From the NCBI GenBank assembly GCA_002633005.1, contig NMRA01000059.1, forward strand, positions 361,883 through 425,882: a stretch of 64,000 nucleotides of DNA. Direction: 5' to 3'. Positions 62,251-64,000 of this stretch are shown one piece after another (positions within the stretch are counted from its first letter, which is position 1; every line of letters starts with the position of its first letter). The position numbers were made by a program, and so were the translations under genes. The notes beneath the pieces were generated by a model, which saw only the letters and a program-made list of their open reading frames with translations, made no database searches and was not told the DNA's origin. This DNA is from Phoronis australis. Lineage: Eukaryota > Animalia > Phoronida.

Positions 62251-64000
62251 CGGAGACTGGGGGTGAGGCGGAGAGGGGGGAGCTGGACGGAGAGGTATCA
62301 CCATTTGTACTTTTGTATACATGTTACGATTTGAGTTCTAATAAAGATTAAACTTGAACGAATGGCTCGTGTATAGTTTTGATGGCTGTCTCAAATGTTC
62401 AGGTGGTGCTGTAATCTGGAAAGTTTAATTAACTAAACTAATTAAGCTTCTCTGATGATCAAAATCTACCACTGTTTTGGTACTTCAAGTTTAAAAATAA
62501 AATAAAAAGATATCAACCCGTTCCCGGTAAAAAAACAGGTAGACAGGAGTATTAAAACCAGCATGAAACATATTGTTCCTTTGGGAAATGGTCCTCGGTC
62601 AAGATAAACACATCAAATTAACTTGTTAGTCATTTTGTAATATTTAAAATGTAGCAAGTTAAAACTACTCTCCACAGCTAGGTGCAGGCTATATCTCAGT
62701 GCAAATGCCAGAGAAAACCAATTTGGGTGTAATAACAACCATAATTGTTGAAACAGTGGAAGCTATTACCTTTCCATTTAATTAGCTCAGATCTACATCA
62801 ACACCAAGGGCGAGCTGAATAGGCATCATAAAAAGTGTCTGGCGCTGAGGGAATCTGAGCGGTGACCAGCGTAAGCGAGAAATTCTCCACACGAATTTCA
62901 TTACATTCGTTGTCGCCGCATCCGACATCCAGGTTCCTGCAGTTTGTGTTGGGTTTGATTTAACTCGAATTTAAGTAGTGTCAAGGTATTTTTGTCAAAC
63001 ACCTTGACACTCTTGTTGACCCGGTCTTTGACAATTAACCCACCATCACCAACTGCTTGCCTCTAACACCCTTGTCTTTTTTCAGCTTCCCGAGACCTTG
63101 CGCAGGCCTAAACCCCCGCTCTACAGCCGATTGAGGGCGAGGCTAGGGTGGACAGTGGGTATCTCACATCGTTCACAGTTTATTTGTCAAGCTTCGTCTC
63201 AGTTTTTGAACCGAACAATAGTCAATACGCCTTTTGATGACGACGAATTTTGTCCATATGTTGCCTGTTTTTAACTTCCTCTAAAGTGACCACTCGGTGG
63301 TCATTTGTGTGAAGACAACGAGCGTGTAAACATTCATCTGCAAAAATTTTTCCGGTACTGAATACAAATGAATACAGCGGCATCGGGTTTTTGGATGTCG
63401 CAACAGAAACCGTCCTTTTCCCGCAAAATTTCACTCCGGCTTATTAGTAACTTCACGCCGCAAATAATTGCTTTACGCACGTAATTTAACGATGTAACGT
63501 TCGCCCATTTTACCAACGAGTCAACTGCTGGTTTAACGCCATCTGCAAAACGAAAGCACGGATGTTATGAAGACGACAAACTGTTACACATGACCAAAAA
63601 TCTTTGACATGACCGACAGGAGACAGTGTTATATCAGTTATCAATGAACTCCACACTCAGGCGCTAACATCAATTAACGCGCGCTGTTTGCTATGAACTC
63701 ACCTACTGTCAAAAAAAATGATTTAAATGCTTAACCATTATGAAATTCGTTTCAATTTGCTCCGTAATATAATCAGAGACGATTTATTGCCTCGGCAAAA
63801 CCAAAAGTTTCATTATTAGTGGACAGTAGGTTTTTACGCCTGTCACCACTTCACTTTCGGCGGGGGATAAAAATACCCTTTCTTCACATTTTCACGGGGT
63901 TTGAACTTAATTAATTTTCACCTGGCCGTGAAAAAATACATCTCATTGTTATTGATAACGTGCAGCTGGATGGATATTCGAAGGAAAGTTGGTGCTTTTC

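Noticed and set aside
60798-64000. Short ORFs after the second assembly N
   Set aside because: No interpretable domain; probably decayed repeats that I cannot classify

Overview
Eukaryotic (invertebrate, probably lophotrochozoan-type; species not determinable) genomic DNA. Reading splice sites by hand gives, all on the minus strand: (1) the first five coding exons of a PHF6-like extended-PHD zinc-finger gene (7218 down to 482, running off the window start) that the ORF track does not recover; (2) a complete 12-exon API5 gene (23267-12626, 532 aa); (3) a large secreted ShKT/mucin-like ORF (30209-27491) broken only at an assembly N; (4) a tandem cluster of intronless class A GPCRs (three open, one pseudogene). 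The rest is repeat-rich. There are four same-orientation ~1.6 kb non-autonomous Kolobok DNA transposons with TTAA target duplications, two of them inside GPCR coding sequence and one of these replacing a receptor's C-terminus. There are also three Penelope-like fragments with hammerhead ribozyme motifs, a decayed Tx1/L1 LINE, a Helentron-type element carrying an array of CTCF-like motifs, several MITEs and many minisatellites. All family assignments come from motif recognition by eye and no database search was run.
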